From Octopus vulgaris (Eukaryota), in contig OX597819.1 of the NCBI GenBank assembly GCA_951406725.2, positions 73,098,001 through 73,162,000 of the forward strand: a stretch of 64,000 bases of DNA, in the 5' to 3' direction. The notes under the pieces were generated by a model. The model saw only the letters and a program-made list of their open reading frames with translations. It had not been told where the DNA came from and made no database searches. The position numbers and the translations under genes are program-made. Every line of letters begins with the position of its first letter. Positions within the stretch are counted from its first letter, which is position 1. Shown here piece by piece: positions 38,491 through 50,330 of the stretch.

Positions 38491-38599
38491 ATTTATTATA
38501 TAGAAGGAGTTTCTACAGGACTAGAACTGTTTCATTCCTGAAGATTTCTCTTGAATGAAACAGTTCTAGTCCTGTAGAAGCTCCTTCTATATAATAAAT
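38491..38599 (+). ncRNA. 47-bp-arm palindrome with a hammerhead core at the junction
   Basis: Arms 38491-38537 and 38553-38599; CTGAAGA 38538-38544, short ttc/gaa stem, GAAAC 38557-38561, GTT 38563-38565. Confidence 0.6.
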
Positions 38600-39940
38600 A
38601 TATATATATATATACATATATCTTAAATTGTGAATTTAATTCATGGACCCCCAGTACTACCTTTGAGGGCTGCCATGGGCCCATGGACCACAGGTTGGAA
38701 ATCACTGTTATAGTAGAAGACACTTGCCCAAGGTGCCATGCAGTGGAACTGAGCCTGACACAAACAGACAAACATGTTGATTATTATCATTATCATCATT
38801 TTAGTGTCCACTCTTCCATGCTTGCAACATTTTAAGTATCTTTGTCATCACAGACACCCTTTGACCCAGCAGCATATCCAAGATGTGACAGTTGGAGAGA
38901 GAGAGAATTGCATCAACACTCAGATGGTACTCAGATACAGCCAAGTAAACTGGAGCAGTGTGAAATGAAGTACCTTCCTCAAGGATATAATGCACTACTT
39001 GGTTCTGAAATTGAAGAGGTAAAGTGGCTGAGCTCCTTTCGAGTGTTTGGCCTTACAAAGACAATGATGGAGACCTTTGGCATTATGTTGTGGTTGAGAA
39101 GAAGACCCATCAAACCAAGCTAAATCACAGTCATGGCAGATACTGGTGTCACGCAGATAGTACCCGTAACAGTGGCACTCAGAGCAGTTGGCATTAGGAA
39201 GGGCATCCAGCTGTAGAAACCATGCCAAATCAGATTGGAACCTGGTGCAGCCCCTCGGCTTACCAGTTTTCAGGCAAACTGTCCAACCCATGCCAGCATG
39301 GACAATGGATATTGAATAATGATGATGATGAAGATGCTTACAGTTATGAGTCTAGCACTAACCACTGGGCCACATACCGTTTAAAACCCCTAATAACACA
39401 AAAAGTTCTTTTACTTGTTTCAGTCATTAGGCTGCAGCCATACAGGAGCACCACCTTGTAGAATTTTTTGTGAAATTAATTGAGACTAGTACTTCATTTT
39501 TTTCAGTTTCTTTTGTCAAACTACTAAGTTGCAGGATGGTGAGCACACCAACAATGATTGCCATGCAGTGGTGGGGGACAAAAACACACACACATATCAT
39601 CATCATCTTCAACGTTTAACATCTATTTTCCATGCTGTCATGGCTGGACAGATCGAGTGGGGTCTACGAAGCCAGGAGGCTGCACCAGGCACCAGTCTGA
39701 TCTGGCAGTGTTTTTACAGCTGGATGCCCTTCCTAACGCCAATCACTCTGTAAGTGAAGTGGGTGCTTTTTACATGCCACCAACACAGAAGCCAGTCAAG
39801 GTGGCGCTGGTATCGGCCACATTCAGATGGTGCTTTTTATGTGTCACCGGCACATACATACATACATACATACATATGTATGCATGTATGTATATGTATA
39901 TGTGTATATATATATACACATATATATATAAATACATATA

Positions 39941-40360
39941 TATTAGGTTGTCAAGAAAGTTCTTGCGGTTTTTAACCTTTAAATTCAGATGCACATATCT
40001 TGGCTCGGACAAAACTTTATTATTCAAAATAAACACCATCAGAATCAACACACTTTTGCCAAAGCGAAACAAGTTTATTTATGCCAGTTAGCATAAAAAT
40101 CCTGCATTCTGATGTCAATGAAGTCGTTGAAGGCGTGTTTGTCATCGTCTTGGTTTTTGAAGCATTTCTCATGCAGGAAGTTGTAGAGATGCTTGAAAAA
40201 GTGGTAGTCAGTAAGCAAAAGGTCTGGTGATTATGGCGGATGAGGCAGAGTTTCATAGCCCAATTCATTCAACTTCTGCAGGGTCAGTTGTGTGACATGC
40301 GGCCGAGCGTTGTGGAGAAAAAGTGGTCCTTTTCTATTGACCAATACTGGTTGTTGTTGA
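39941..40360 (-). pseudogene. mariner transposase C-terminal half and TIR
   Basis: LHNARPHV..LQKLNELGYETLPHPP and GINKLVSLWQKCVDSDGVYFE; TIR tattaggttgtcaagaaagttcttgcgg. Confidence 0.9.
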
Positions 40361-41395
40361 AATTTGAAAACTCCACTAGAATGAATGAAAGTGCTAATAT
40401 ATGATATATGATGTATAAAAACACGTAATATAGAAATAAATATTTGTAAATATAAAACCATCCGAATTTCTGAGTACCTCATTACTTCTAATATATTTCT
40501 CAACCCCCTCGACAACCCCCACCCACCTCACACTCGTACCTGTTGATCATTTTGTTTTTATTTCCATTGGTGCTGGGTGAATACCATCTATGCATATTTT
40601 TACTCAATTATTGTTAAATGTTTCTATAATTTCGTTCAATAAAAAAAAAGACTACACTTTTATCTTTCCTTTGTGTATGCACGATTGTGAAAAAGAATGT
40701 GTGTGTGTATGTGTGTACAGCTCCAGTCTTTAGTTTACTCCTGAAAGGCTATTGACCTCTTAAACTTGTTTTAGGGTGGTTTTTATCGGTGATGGTGACA
40801 GCGGGTGTGGTGGTGGTAGTGGTAGTGGTAGTAGTAGTGGTGGTGGTGGTGGTGGTGGCTTTTTGTATTGTTATTTAAGTGTGTCAATCCTTTAAGAATT
40901 GAATTACTTAACTTTAATCTTTAATCCAGTGAATGGGCATCAACATGGATTTGTGTATGTGTCTTTTTAGCTTAACTTTTACTTATTTCAGTCATAGGAC
41001 TGCGGCCATGCTGGGGCACTGCCACTCTGAAGGGTTTGGTTGATCAAACTGACCCCATTTTAAGTCTTGTGCTTATTCTGCTGTTGCCGAATCACTAAGT
41101 TATGAGACACACAGACAAACCAACACCCATTGTAAAATGGTGGGAGAGGACAAACACACACACACACATATACAACATGTGTCCACAGAGTTTCTGCTGA
41201 CCAAATCTACTCATAAGTCTACTCATAAGATTGAGAATAAATGAACAAAGCTTGAAGGAAACTGAAGAAACCTCAAGGGAGAAATTCATCTCTCTGAATA
41301 ACCTGGGTAAGTCTGAAGGAAGTGATATCAGGGTGTCGTAGTAGTGTTATAAAGGACAGAGAGAGAGAGAGAGAAGATATAAGGGATATGTAGCT

Positions 41396-41620
41396 TAACC
41401 CTTTTGTTACCATATTTCTGTTGAGATGTTCTGTTTCTTTCAATTAATTTTTAATATAACAAAGAATTTAGTAAATTAATTAGTTATCATGAAGCTAGTG
41501 TTAGGAACATAACTTGTGACTAAGGTTTGGTGGAAGATTTTAATTCAAAACTTTTGAAAACAAGACATTTGTACTCAGAGACAGAAGTGGTTTCAGCCAG
41601 GTTGGTATCAAAAGGGCTAA
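41396..41620. mobile_element. piggyBac-like TTAA MITE
   Basis: ttaacccttttgttacc..atcaaaagggctaa; same family as 18688, 56146 and 57986. Confidence 0.8.
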
Positions 41621-41631
41621 TGTGTCTAAAC

Positions 41632-41895
41632 CAGGAGTTTTCATCCATTTTTTACCTATGAATCCCTTTGATTTTTATTTTATTTTTATTTTTATTTTAT
41701 TTTATTTATCATAGCCATTTGATTTTTTAAAAAGTCCTGATATATTTTTATAATTAAATAAATATTAGGAATCGTATTTAAAAATGGTTGTATTCCTACA
41801 AAATAAATATTTTGTGTATTGGAGGAATATAACCAATTTATCGCAGATAAATTTTAGCAACAAAATCTTATAGGGACCCCACTTGAGAACCACAG
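41632..41895. mobile_element. hAT MITE
   Basis: caggagttttca / ttgagaaccacag ends; gtctaaac / gtttaaat TSD-like flanks; related to 16349-16723. Confidence 0.65.
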
Positions 41896-42147
41896 GTTTA
41901 AATGAAGTATTGCCTGTCAGTTGGAAGGCATTTTTTTATATGGGTCGAGAAGCCATCAATTTTATGCATACCTGCACCCTATGTATCAGTTTCATGCACA
42001 CCTGCACTGTATGCATCAGTTTTATATTTACTCCTTCTCAAACACATCCATGTTTCATAAAGCCACTACCTTTTCCATGTGTCATGTATTGCCTTTCTTT
42101 CCATCTTCACATGTAGCCATCAGTACATCAATATTGACATCACATTA

Positions 42148-42377
42148 AGGCGGCAAGCTGGCAGAAACGTTAGCATGCTGAGTGAAATGCTTAGTGGTAT
42201 GTCACCTGTCTTTACGTTCTGGTGTGTTTGCATCCCCGTAACTTAGCAGTTCGGCAAAAGAGACTGATAGAATAAGCACCAGGCTTACAGGAAATAAGTC
42301 CAGTGGTCAATTTCTTTAACTAAAAGGTGGTGCTCCAGCATGGCTACCGTCAAATGACTGAAACAAGTAAAAGAATA
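42148..42377 (+). mobile_element. Chimeric SINE: family D head fused to family A tail
   Basis: aggcggcaagctggcagaaacgttagc.. to ~42221, then gtgtgtttgcatccccgtaacttagc..gaaacaagtaaaaga. Confidence 0.75.
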
Positions 42378-42597
42378 CCAGAAGAACATTCCGTACCACT
42401 AAACCACAAAAGTTCTTTGAAATATGTGACTGAGATATTTTGGTTGGATTATATAGTTATTGGTTTTACACTTCTTTCTATATTCTGTGTCACAATATAG
42501 AAACATTTCTCATGACACCAGCACACAATTTACGGTTGCTTACATTTTTTATGTTTTCCATGAAGTTTTCACGGGTCCAGCTAGTCATCATCGTCGT

Positions 42598-42775
42598 CAT
42601 TATTATTATTATATGAAAACTCACAGCTTATTTTGCTGGGTATGATGGAAAGTGTCAGCTGTCCACAGCCGACAGACTAAAGTGACACTTGTTTACTAGT
42701 CATGCTTCAAGAACACTGTAAAGAATTCTTGCAGTTCCAAGCAATGTGAATTTTTGTAGGTTAGTTGGTTTCCTC
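42598..42775 (-). pseudogene. 3' end of an R4/Dong-like (restriction-like endonuclease) non-LTR element
   Basis: Minus strand encodes LQKFTLLGTARILYSVLEA* (QK..LLGTARILR.VL motif), followed by a short UTR and (TAA)n. Confidence 0.65.
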
Positions 42776-43179
42776 AGTCAGACTTTACATCATATAAAGA
42801 GAAGGAAAAATAGAATAGAGATATACAGAGACAGTTGACATAAGAGGTGCAGAATGAGTGCACATACTAGGCTTGGTGGCAATCAGTAGGTAAAAGAACA
42901 CAATACATACATACATGCATGCACAGTGAGAGAAACTGTACCATAGAGACAGAGGAGTAAATGGCAGTAGTTTGGGGAGGTGTTACACAAATGAGGAATG
43001 TATTCTTTTCATCATTTTGTATAAGCACCATTTCACTGGTATTTCCAACAAATATTGCCTCATCTGTCTATTGTATCCTTCGGTTGCTATAAAAATACAA
43101 GAGAAGTATTGACCACTATCTCTAATCCCAATGAAAATTCCATTGTTGTTTCTGAATACTGTGCTATGAAAAACAGTCG

Positions 43180-43840
43180 CAATAGAAGTAAGCCCCGTTC
43201 ATCATGCAACATGTGTCAAGTCAACTTCATCGCAAACTATAATAGATATCTTGTGATTTATTTAGATGGGACCTGTAAGGATTCCTCTTTGGTGTATAAA
43301 GCAGAATGCACCAACCTCAACTTGACTTATGTTGGCTACACAACAGAAAAATTAAATAAAAGATTCAGTGGGCACAGGTATGACATCATAACAGGGGTTC
43401 AACAGAACTTGCTGAACATAAAGGCGGCAAGCTAGCAGAAATGTTAGCACACCAGGCAAAATGCTTAGCGGTATTTCATCTGTCCTTATGTTCTGAATTC
43501 AAATTCCACCAAGGTTGACTTTGCCTTTCATCCTTTTGGGGTCGATAAATTAAGTACCAGCTGCGTACTGGGGTTGATCTAAGTGACTGACCTCCACCCC
43601 CAAAATTTCAGGCCTGTGCCTAGAGTAGAAAAGAACTTACCAAACATTTTACATCAAGCAACTGTAAATTTGAAGGAACATTTGAAAGTATACAATCTCA
43701 GAGAATATTCTGGCTCCACTACACTTTCCGTCCTTAAAATACATGAGGGTAAATATATTTGAGAATTACTCATGTCACACCCTGGAGGACTGAACAAAAT
43801 GACAGGTGAATTCCATCATATTTACACAAAATCTTTTGAC
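43180..43840 (+). pseudogene. Penelope-like element GIY-YIG endonuclease relic, split by a family D SINE
   Basis: CNMC..GTCKDSSLVYKAECT..YVGYTTEKLNKRFSGHRYDI; after the SINE, ELTKHF..HEGKYI*ELLMSHPGGLN. Confidence 0.8.
43420..43635 (+). mobile_element. SINE family D, full length
   Basis: tRNA-like head and Meta-like domain; degenerate TSD agaacttgctgaacat / agaacttaccaaacat. Confidence 0.88.
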
Positions 43841-44536
43841 AAAATGTTCTTTTCCCTGCTTTCTTATTTTCTTTCTTCTTTTTTCTTACCAATTATGAGA
43901 AAGCAAGAATTGATGACATTTTTGTCAAAAGAGGAATGCAGGATATTCCAGCTCAAATTTTGAATTTCCATATTTCTGTATATTCTTCATTTTGAACCCA
44001 AGAAAGACAGACTTGCTATAGAAATATTGTTCAGTTCAATGAATAGAATCAATCTTTATTTATTACAAATCATGGCTCTTCTTATGGTATAATAATAATA
44101 ATTGTTTCAAATTTTAGTACAAGGCTAAAAATTTTAGGAGAAGGGGTCTTGTTGATGTCACTGACCCTTGTAATTGACCGAACAACCCTGACAGAATTTG
44201 AAATCAGAATGTAGAGAGGGATGAAATGCCGCTAAACATTTTGTCCAGTGGGCTAACAATTCTGTCAGCTTGTCACCTTTATGATAATGATGATGATGAT
44301 GATAATAATAATAATAATCCTTTCTACTAAAGACACAAAGCCTGAAATTTGGGGGAATTGGAGATTAGTCAATTACATTGACCCCAGTACTCAACTGGTA
44401 CTTAATTTGTTGAGTCTGAAAGGATGAAAGGCAAAGCTAATTTCAGTGGAATTTGAACTCATAATGTAGTGACAGGCAAAATACCACTAAGCATTTTGCC
44501 AGTATGCTAGTGATTCTGCCAGTTTACCACCTTAAC

Positions 44537-44567
<31 letters not shown>

Positions 44568-44569
<2 letters not shown>

Positions 44570-45115
44570 GCCCTGATGCAGTACCAGGCAGTGGCTCTCA
44601 TGGCTTCTGATTTTAACTGATTGGAAGTGCCATTATGTACATTGTTTTGTCTTGGTATAAAAGATGGGCTACAGCAAATATTCTGCTCAATACCACAGAT
44701 TTGCTTGTCAGTTGTTTGACCTTAACCAGTTGAGCATGTCCCTTAGTGGCTGACAGTACGTGCATCTCTGATCATGAGCAGAAGTAGTGGGGGAGCATCA
44801 TAGCCATGTGTTGAGAGGGATTCTTTGGAGTTTGAATAATTCACCTCTGGAAACATAGGTGTTTCGTTCAACATCCTGAAGCAACCCTTATTCTGGGACC
44901 TTTTGAGCAGGATGGGCTACTCGACCTGAAGAAAATTCTAACTGGGCTCCACCTGCAAGGTCATGTGCTATTTATCTTGATATGAGATCACCATGTCGCG
45001 CACATATGGTTGTGATGCATGTGCCTGGTGTACCCTTATCAGACGGGTAGTCATGATGGGTATGCTGGGCTTCGTATATTTTACCCCAGTAATGGCATGC
45101 ACTGCTCTCTCACTC
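44568..45115. mobile_element. Unclassified ~550-bp interspersed repeat embedded in (AAT)n
   Basis: Second copy at 63137-63484 shares the right end ..gctctctca(c/t)tc(AAT)n; no TIR, tRNA head or convincing ORF. Confidence 0.8.
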
Positions 45116-45137
45116 AATAATAATAATAATAATGACA

Positions 45138-45500
45138 AAGAAGCTTGCTTCCCAACCACATGGTTCTGGGTTCTGGGTTCAGTCCCACTGTGTGGCATCT
45201 TGGGCAAGTGTCTTCTTCTATAGCCTTGGGCTGACCAAAGCCTTGTGAGTGGATTTGGTAGACAGAAACTGAAAGAAGCCCATCGTGTGCATGTGCGTTT
45301 GTGTTTGTCCTCCCCACCATCACTTAACAACTGATGTTGGTGTGTTTACATCTTTGTAACTTAGCAGTTTGGCAAAAAAGACTGATAGAATAAGTACCAG
45401 GCTTATAAAGAATAAGTCCTGGGGTCGATTTGTTCAACTAAAGGCAGTGCTCTAGCATGGCCACTGTTAAATAACTGAAGCAAGTAAAAGAGTAAAAACA
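45138..45500 (+). mobile_element. SINE family A
   Basis: Homologous to other family A copies. Confidence 0.85.
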
Positions 45501-46110
45501 GTGAAAGAATGGTTTCAAATTTTGGCACAGGGCCAATGATTTTAGTGGGAGGGTATTAGTTGATTTCATTGACTCCAGTAATGACTGGTATTTTATTTTG
45601 TTGACCCCCATAAGGACGAAAAATAAATTTGACTTCAGCAGGATTTGAACTCAGAATGTAAAGATTTAAAAGAAATATTATTAATTATTTTTACCTGATG
45701 CTCAGTCACTGCTTTGGGAACCCCAAATAACACATGAGAAAAAGTGGTATGGACAGACATTAAAGAAAACACAAATAAAAAGTGATAAAGCGATAAGATG
45801 GATGCTGGGCCTCAACACTTCCTTTCATGATGAGAGGAGAGATAACGAGATACTGTGTTAAATTCCTATTCAACCCATGGTTGCATTGAAATGTGGTCAG
45901 TAAAGCAATGCAGAAGATAATGATGATAGTGGTGGTGGTGGTGGTGGTGGCATTTCTAAGTTATTTCAACTTGTTTATTAAACACTTAAATTTTAATCCT
46001 AACAACTTTAATCCTATTTCTCTTGTTAAGCTAATTAAGCTCTTTTTCATTAGCTTACTCCATTATATGATATAATCAATTTATCAAGTTATCATCATTT
46101 TGTTTTGCAG

Positions 46111-46143
46111 TAAATAAACGTGACAAATGCCGTGAGGCACCAG
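46111..46143 (+). CDS. Candidate 33-nt phase-1 microexon (xNKRDKCREAPx) of an unidentified host gene
   Basis: Acceptor tcattttgttttgcag and donor CAG|gtaagc; length divisible by 3; only the phase-1 frame is open; two CpGs in CpG-poor surroundings. Confidence 0.55.
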
Positions 46144-46869
46144 GTAAGCTTCATGCTAGCAAAATCTAGACTGGATTTTGATTCTTGAGAATGACCTCCT
46201 CCTCCTCCTCTTCCTCTCATCGTCATCATCATCATCATTGTCGTCGTCGTTGTCATCATCATCTAATGTCCATGATCCATGCTGTTATAGGTTGGACAGT
46301 TTAACAGGAATTGACAGGTTCAAGGTCTGCATTGTATACCAATGTCTACTTTGGCTGGATGCCCTTCCTAATACCAACCACTTTACAATGTGGACTGGGT
46401 GCTCCCTTTTTTCCATGGCATGCATCATGCTGCTTTCAGAACTTTGAACCCTGAGGGAGATGGCTTTATGCTAGGGATAAGGGACTAAAATACAAGATAG
46501 GGAACCTGAGCGGAAGAAATTCCTTCATGGAGCAGAGCTATATGGTTGCTCACATTTTAAAAGAGAAGGGGTGATGGATGTGAAACTGGGAAGAGATAAA
46601 ATTAGGAGCGACGAGGTGTCTGAGTGGACCCTTAAGGTACAAGATGAGTAGAAGTAAGAGGAGACAGAAGAACTGGGATTGTTGGTGGGTGGAGGTTGTA
46701 AGAAGAAATGAGAGATGGGGATGGATGAGGGAAGCTGGATGACAACTGAGAAGATTGGGTGGGGTGGGGTGGATGAAGGGTAGGGAATTGTGTTGAGAAA
46801 GGCATGAACATCATATAATCTCATTTCTTCTCACCAATATATCTGATAAGCCTACCTTCTAATTTTTTT

Positions 46870-47045
46870 TTGTTTTGCTCAGATTGTGGCCATGCTGGGG
46901 CACTGCCTTGAAGAATTTTTAGTTGAATGAATCAATGACTGATACTTAGTTTATCAGTGTCTTTTACCAAATCACTAGGTTATAAGGATGTCAACACACC
47001 AACATCAGTTGTCAAATGGTGGGGCAAGGGGCAAACACACACACA

Positions 47046-47080
<35 letters not shown>

Positions 47081-47235
47081 CAGGTTTCTTTCAGTTTCCG
47101 TCTACCAAATCCACTCACAAGGCTTTGGTTGGCCTGAAGCTATAGTACAAGACAAATTCCCCAGGTGCCACACAGTGGGACTGAACCCAGAACTACATGG
47201 CTGGGAAGCAAACTTCTTACTACACATCCATGCTG
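46870..47235 (-). mobile_element. SINE family A flanked by ~70-bp direct repeats
   Basis: 46789-46862 closely matches 47234-47306. Confidence 0.8.
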
Positions 47236-47444
47236 TGTTAAGAAAGGCATGAACATTATACAATCTCATTTCTTCTCACCAATAAATCTGATATGGCTAT
47301 GTCTAACAAAAGAAAAAAGTCAGTGAAACATAGAAGTTGGAATTTGGAATGATTATTTCAATTCAATGTTTGCCATGATTTGGTTGGGTTTGAAATTTTA
47401 AATTAATAAAACATCTGTTTTCATAAATCAGAATTGGTCATGGT

Positions 47445-47830
47445 GGTTGCTGCTGCTGCTGCTGTTGTTGTTGCTGCTGTTGTTATTGTTTTTGTTGTTG
47501 TTGTTGTTGTTGCTGCTGCTATTGTTGATGGTAGTGGTTGTTGTCGTTGTTATTGCTGATGTTACTTTTGCTGCTGTTATTGTTGTTGTTTTTGTTGTTG
47601 TTGCTGTTGTTGTTGCTGTTGTTGGTGGTGGCTATTGTCATTGTTGTTGATGGTGGTGGTGGTGTTGATGGCAGTGGTGGCAGCAGCAGTAGTGGTGGTG
47701 GTTGTTATTGTTAGTAGTGGTGCTGGTGGTTCTTGTTGTTGTTTTATCCTTGTTGATGGCAGTGGTGGTGATGGTGGTGAATGCGATGATGATGATGATG
47801 ATGATGATGATGGTTGTAGTAGCAGCCATA
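47445..47830. repeat. (GTT/GCT/GGT/GAT)n compound microsatellite
   Basis: Directly visible. Confidence 0.95.
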
Positions 47831-48909
47831 GTGGTGAGGGCGAGGGGGGAGGGGGAAGGTGTAGAAAATCAGAATTTGAAATCTGAACTCTTGTAAAATT
47901 TCAAAATTTCTTTTTTTAAATTTCATTTCAGTTCTCTAACCCAAACACACATTTTGACATACAGACACACACATGCACACATAAATATACCCACAGACAC
48001 ACACATACACACATTAATATACCCATGCATGCACACACACACATACATATACACACATGCACACACCCCAAACGCACACACACACACTCACTCACAGAGC
48101 AGCTCTATTTTCAGTTTGAATTTAAGGAACCATTTTATCCCAAGATTATTCCAGTTGTAATACTAACGGTGATGGAGAACACAGTAAACAGCTTCGAGTT
48201 TGACTAAAATATCTTTTTGGTTCTTTATGTCCTGAATTCAACCCCATTTAGGCTTGACTTTCTCTTTCATACCCCGCTGGGGCCAACAAAATAAATTCCA
48301 GATGTGCAACGTTGTTGATTTAATATTGCTCCTACATTCATGATATTGTACCAGTGTTTATTATCATCATCATCATCACCACCACCACCACCATCACCCT
48401 CATCATCGTCGTCATCATCACCACCACTGCCACCACCACCATCATCATCGTCGTCGTCATCACCACCACCACCACCACCACCACTATCATTATCATCATC
48501 CTTTTAATGCCCACTTTTCCAAGCTTGTATGGGTCAGATGGCATTTACTGAGGTAGGTTTTCTAAAGCTGGATGCCCTCCCTGTTACTAACCTGCATCCG
48601 TTTCCAAGAAAGGTAATGGTTTCCTATAGCTGGATAAGTTTTTCATGGGAGATAACATTGCTTGCATGATAGTGATTCTCATTTGACAAATATTATGTGA
48701 TATCAAGGCAAGAGTAAACACAATCTAACATCATCATCATCATCATCGTTTAACATCCACTTTCCATGCTGGCATGGGCTGGATGGTTTGACTGAGGACT
48801 GGTGAGCCAGAAGGCTGCACCAGGCTCCAATCTGATCTGGCAACGTTTCTATAGCTGGATGCCCTTCCTAACACCAACCATTCCGAGAATGTAGTGGGTA
48901 CTTTTATGT

Positions 48910-50011
48910 TATAAAAATAGGATCACATGTGGTCGTATCGTATAGGGAATACAATCGCACGCGATCCCATTCTTAATGATTTATTACTGACCATATATAC
49001 ATGCAGCGGCAATACACAAGTGGAATGACAACAAGATTTCTTTTTGAATTATATACATTATTTATTTTACATATTTTACAATCATGTTGGTTGGAAGTTT
49101 GTAAGTGTTAGCATGTTTTTGTGTCTATGTGTTAGTGAGGCATAAAAAGTACTGACCAGAGGAATAACAATGGAATTTGGGTTCACAGTTCATGTTGTTG
49201 GTATCAGCCTAGCAACAGGTAGTAGCAGATGGCTTAAGGTAGTTCTTAGAAGAACTAGAACCCAAGACAGATAATTGATTTACCGTTTATGAGGTACACG
49301 GAGTGTAAGAATTCCATATCAAGATGTTGCGTCTCGTAGTTAAGATTAATTGAATCACTTGCTGTGTTTATCTTTCTCTTGATATGAATATACTTCCAGA
49401 TGTGTTAACTGTAGCCGTTTTTCCCGTGGTGAGATTTTCACCTAACCGCTAGAGTTGAATCTGTGGTTGTCTTGTGTACAAATTAAATCTTCGATGTTTG
49501 GCGATGAGTTCTGTCTGTCGCTTGGTTTTTGCTGCGTCTTCATCATATATTCTGCTTGATTATTTTTCTCTTGATATAATGGTGGTCGCCTGCCTTTCGA
49601 ACTGAAACATGGTCGGGTATGCTCTGTGTGGTCAGAGGTCCATTCTGAGAAGGACTAGAACCAAAGACGAACTCTGTGGTCAGAGGTTCACCCTGAGAAG
49701 GACTAAAAACCTAAGACGGATATTTGTCTGAGAACCCTTCTTTATATAAGGGTTTATTGGGCTCAAAATGAACTTCAGAAATGGAAAGCTGTGATTGGCT
49801 GCTTGGAACAATGGCGCGAAAATAAGCGGAGGCAAATTGCGTCACGTGACAACCAGCGGTGCGAACGTAGTAGAGACCACGTGTCAGCCAATCGAATTAG
49901 TGTTTACAACAATGTTAAACTAGCCGAAGATGTTTGTAATCTCGAACGAGATTATTCTTAATACTCTTCTCAAACAGTGAAGATAGCAATGAGTGTAACG
50001 ATCTTGCTACA
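48910..50011 (-). mobile_element. Probable solo LTR (1.1 kb) inserted into a family C copy
   Basis: 4-bp TSD ATGT (48906-48909, 50012-50015); right end ..GCTACA, left end TATA.. (probably mutated TG); host repeat rejoins exactly; minus-strand promoter motifs, TATA and AATAAA in U3-R-U5 order. Confidence 0.7.
49741..49892 (-). promoter_or_regulatory. Pol II promoter module in the LTR-like element
   Basis: TATATAAA 49741-49748(-); CCAAT at 49794(-) and 49888(+); E2F-like TTTCGCGCCA 49812-49821(-); TGCGTCACGTGAC 49838-49850; CACGTG 49878-49883. Confidence 0.65.
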
Positions 50012-50187
50012 ATGTGCCACTGGCATGAGGGCCAGTCAGGCGGTTGTGGAATCAGCTACATTCAAATGGTGCTTTTTACGTGCCAACTGCACAGGAGCCA
50101 GTCTGGTGGCACTGGCAATGACAACGCTCTATATATATTCATAATATATAGTATATCATATATGTATAACAAATAATAGATATACAT

Positions 50188-50330
50188 ACTAGCAGTAATA
50201 CCCATCGTTGATCAGATAATTACTTTTACTGTTTCTCGGGAGCCACATTCAAGTATTCATCATCATCATCATCATCATATTATATATATAATCTACTCCT
50301 CCTGTATGTGTGTATTTTTATAAGAGAAAA
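50188..50330 (-). mobile_element. Possible non-autonomous Helitron 3' end
   Basis: Minus strand ctgatcaacgatggg (decayed hairpin) tattactg CTAG|T. Confidence 0.35.

Larger units (their letters stand above)
34788..38707. mobile_element. hAT MITE expanded to 3.9 kb by nested insertions, itself inside a family A SINE
   Basis: TIRs cagtgattctccaac / gttggaaatcactg; TSD CTATAGTA / TTATAGTA; the SINE resumes at 38708 (tatagtagaagacacttgcccaagg). Confidence 0.85.

Noticed and set aside
43905-43935. TTGATGACATTTTTGTCAAAA as the hammerhead of the GIY-YIG element
   Set aside because: Both core boxes deviate and no stem I is evident.
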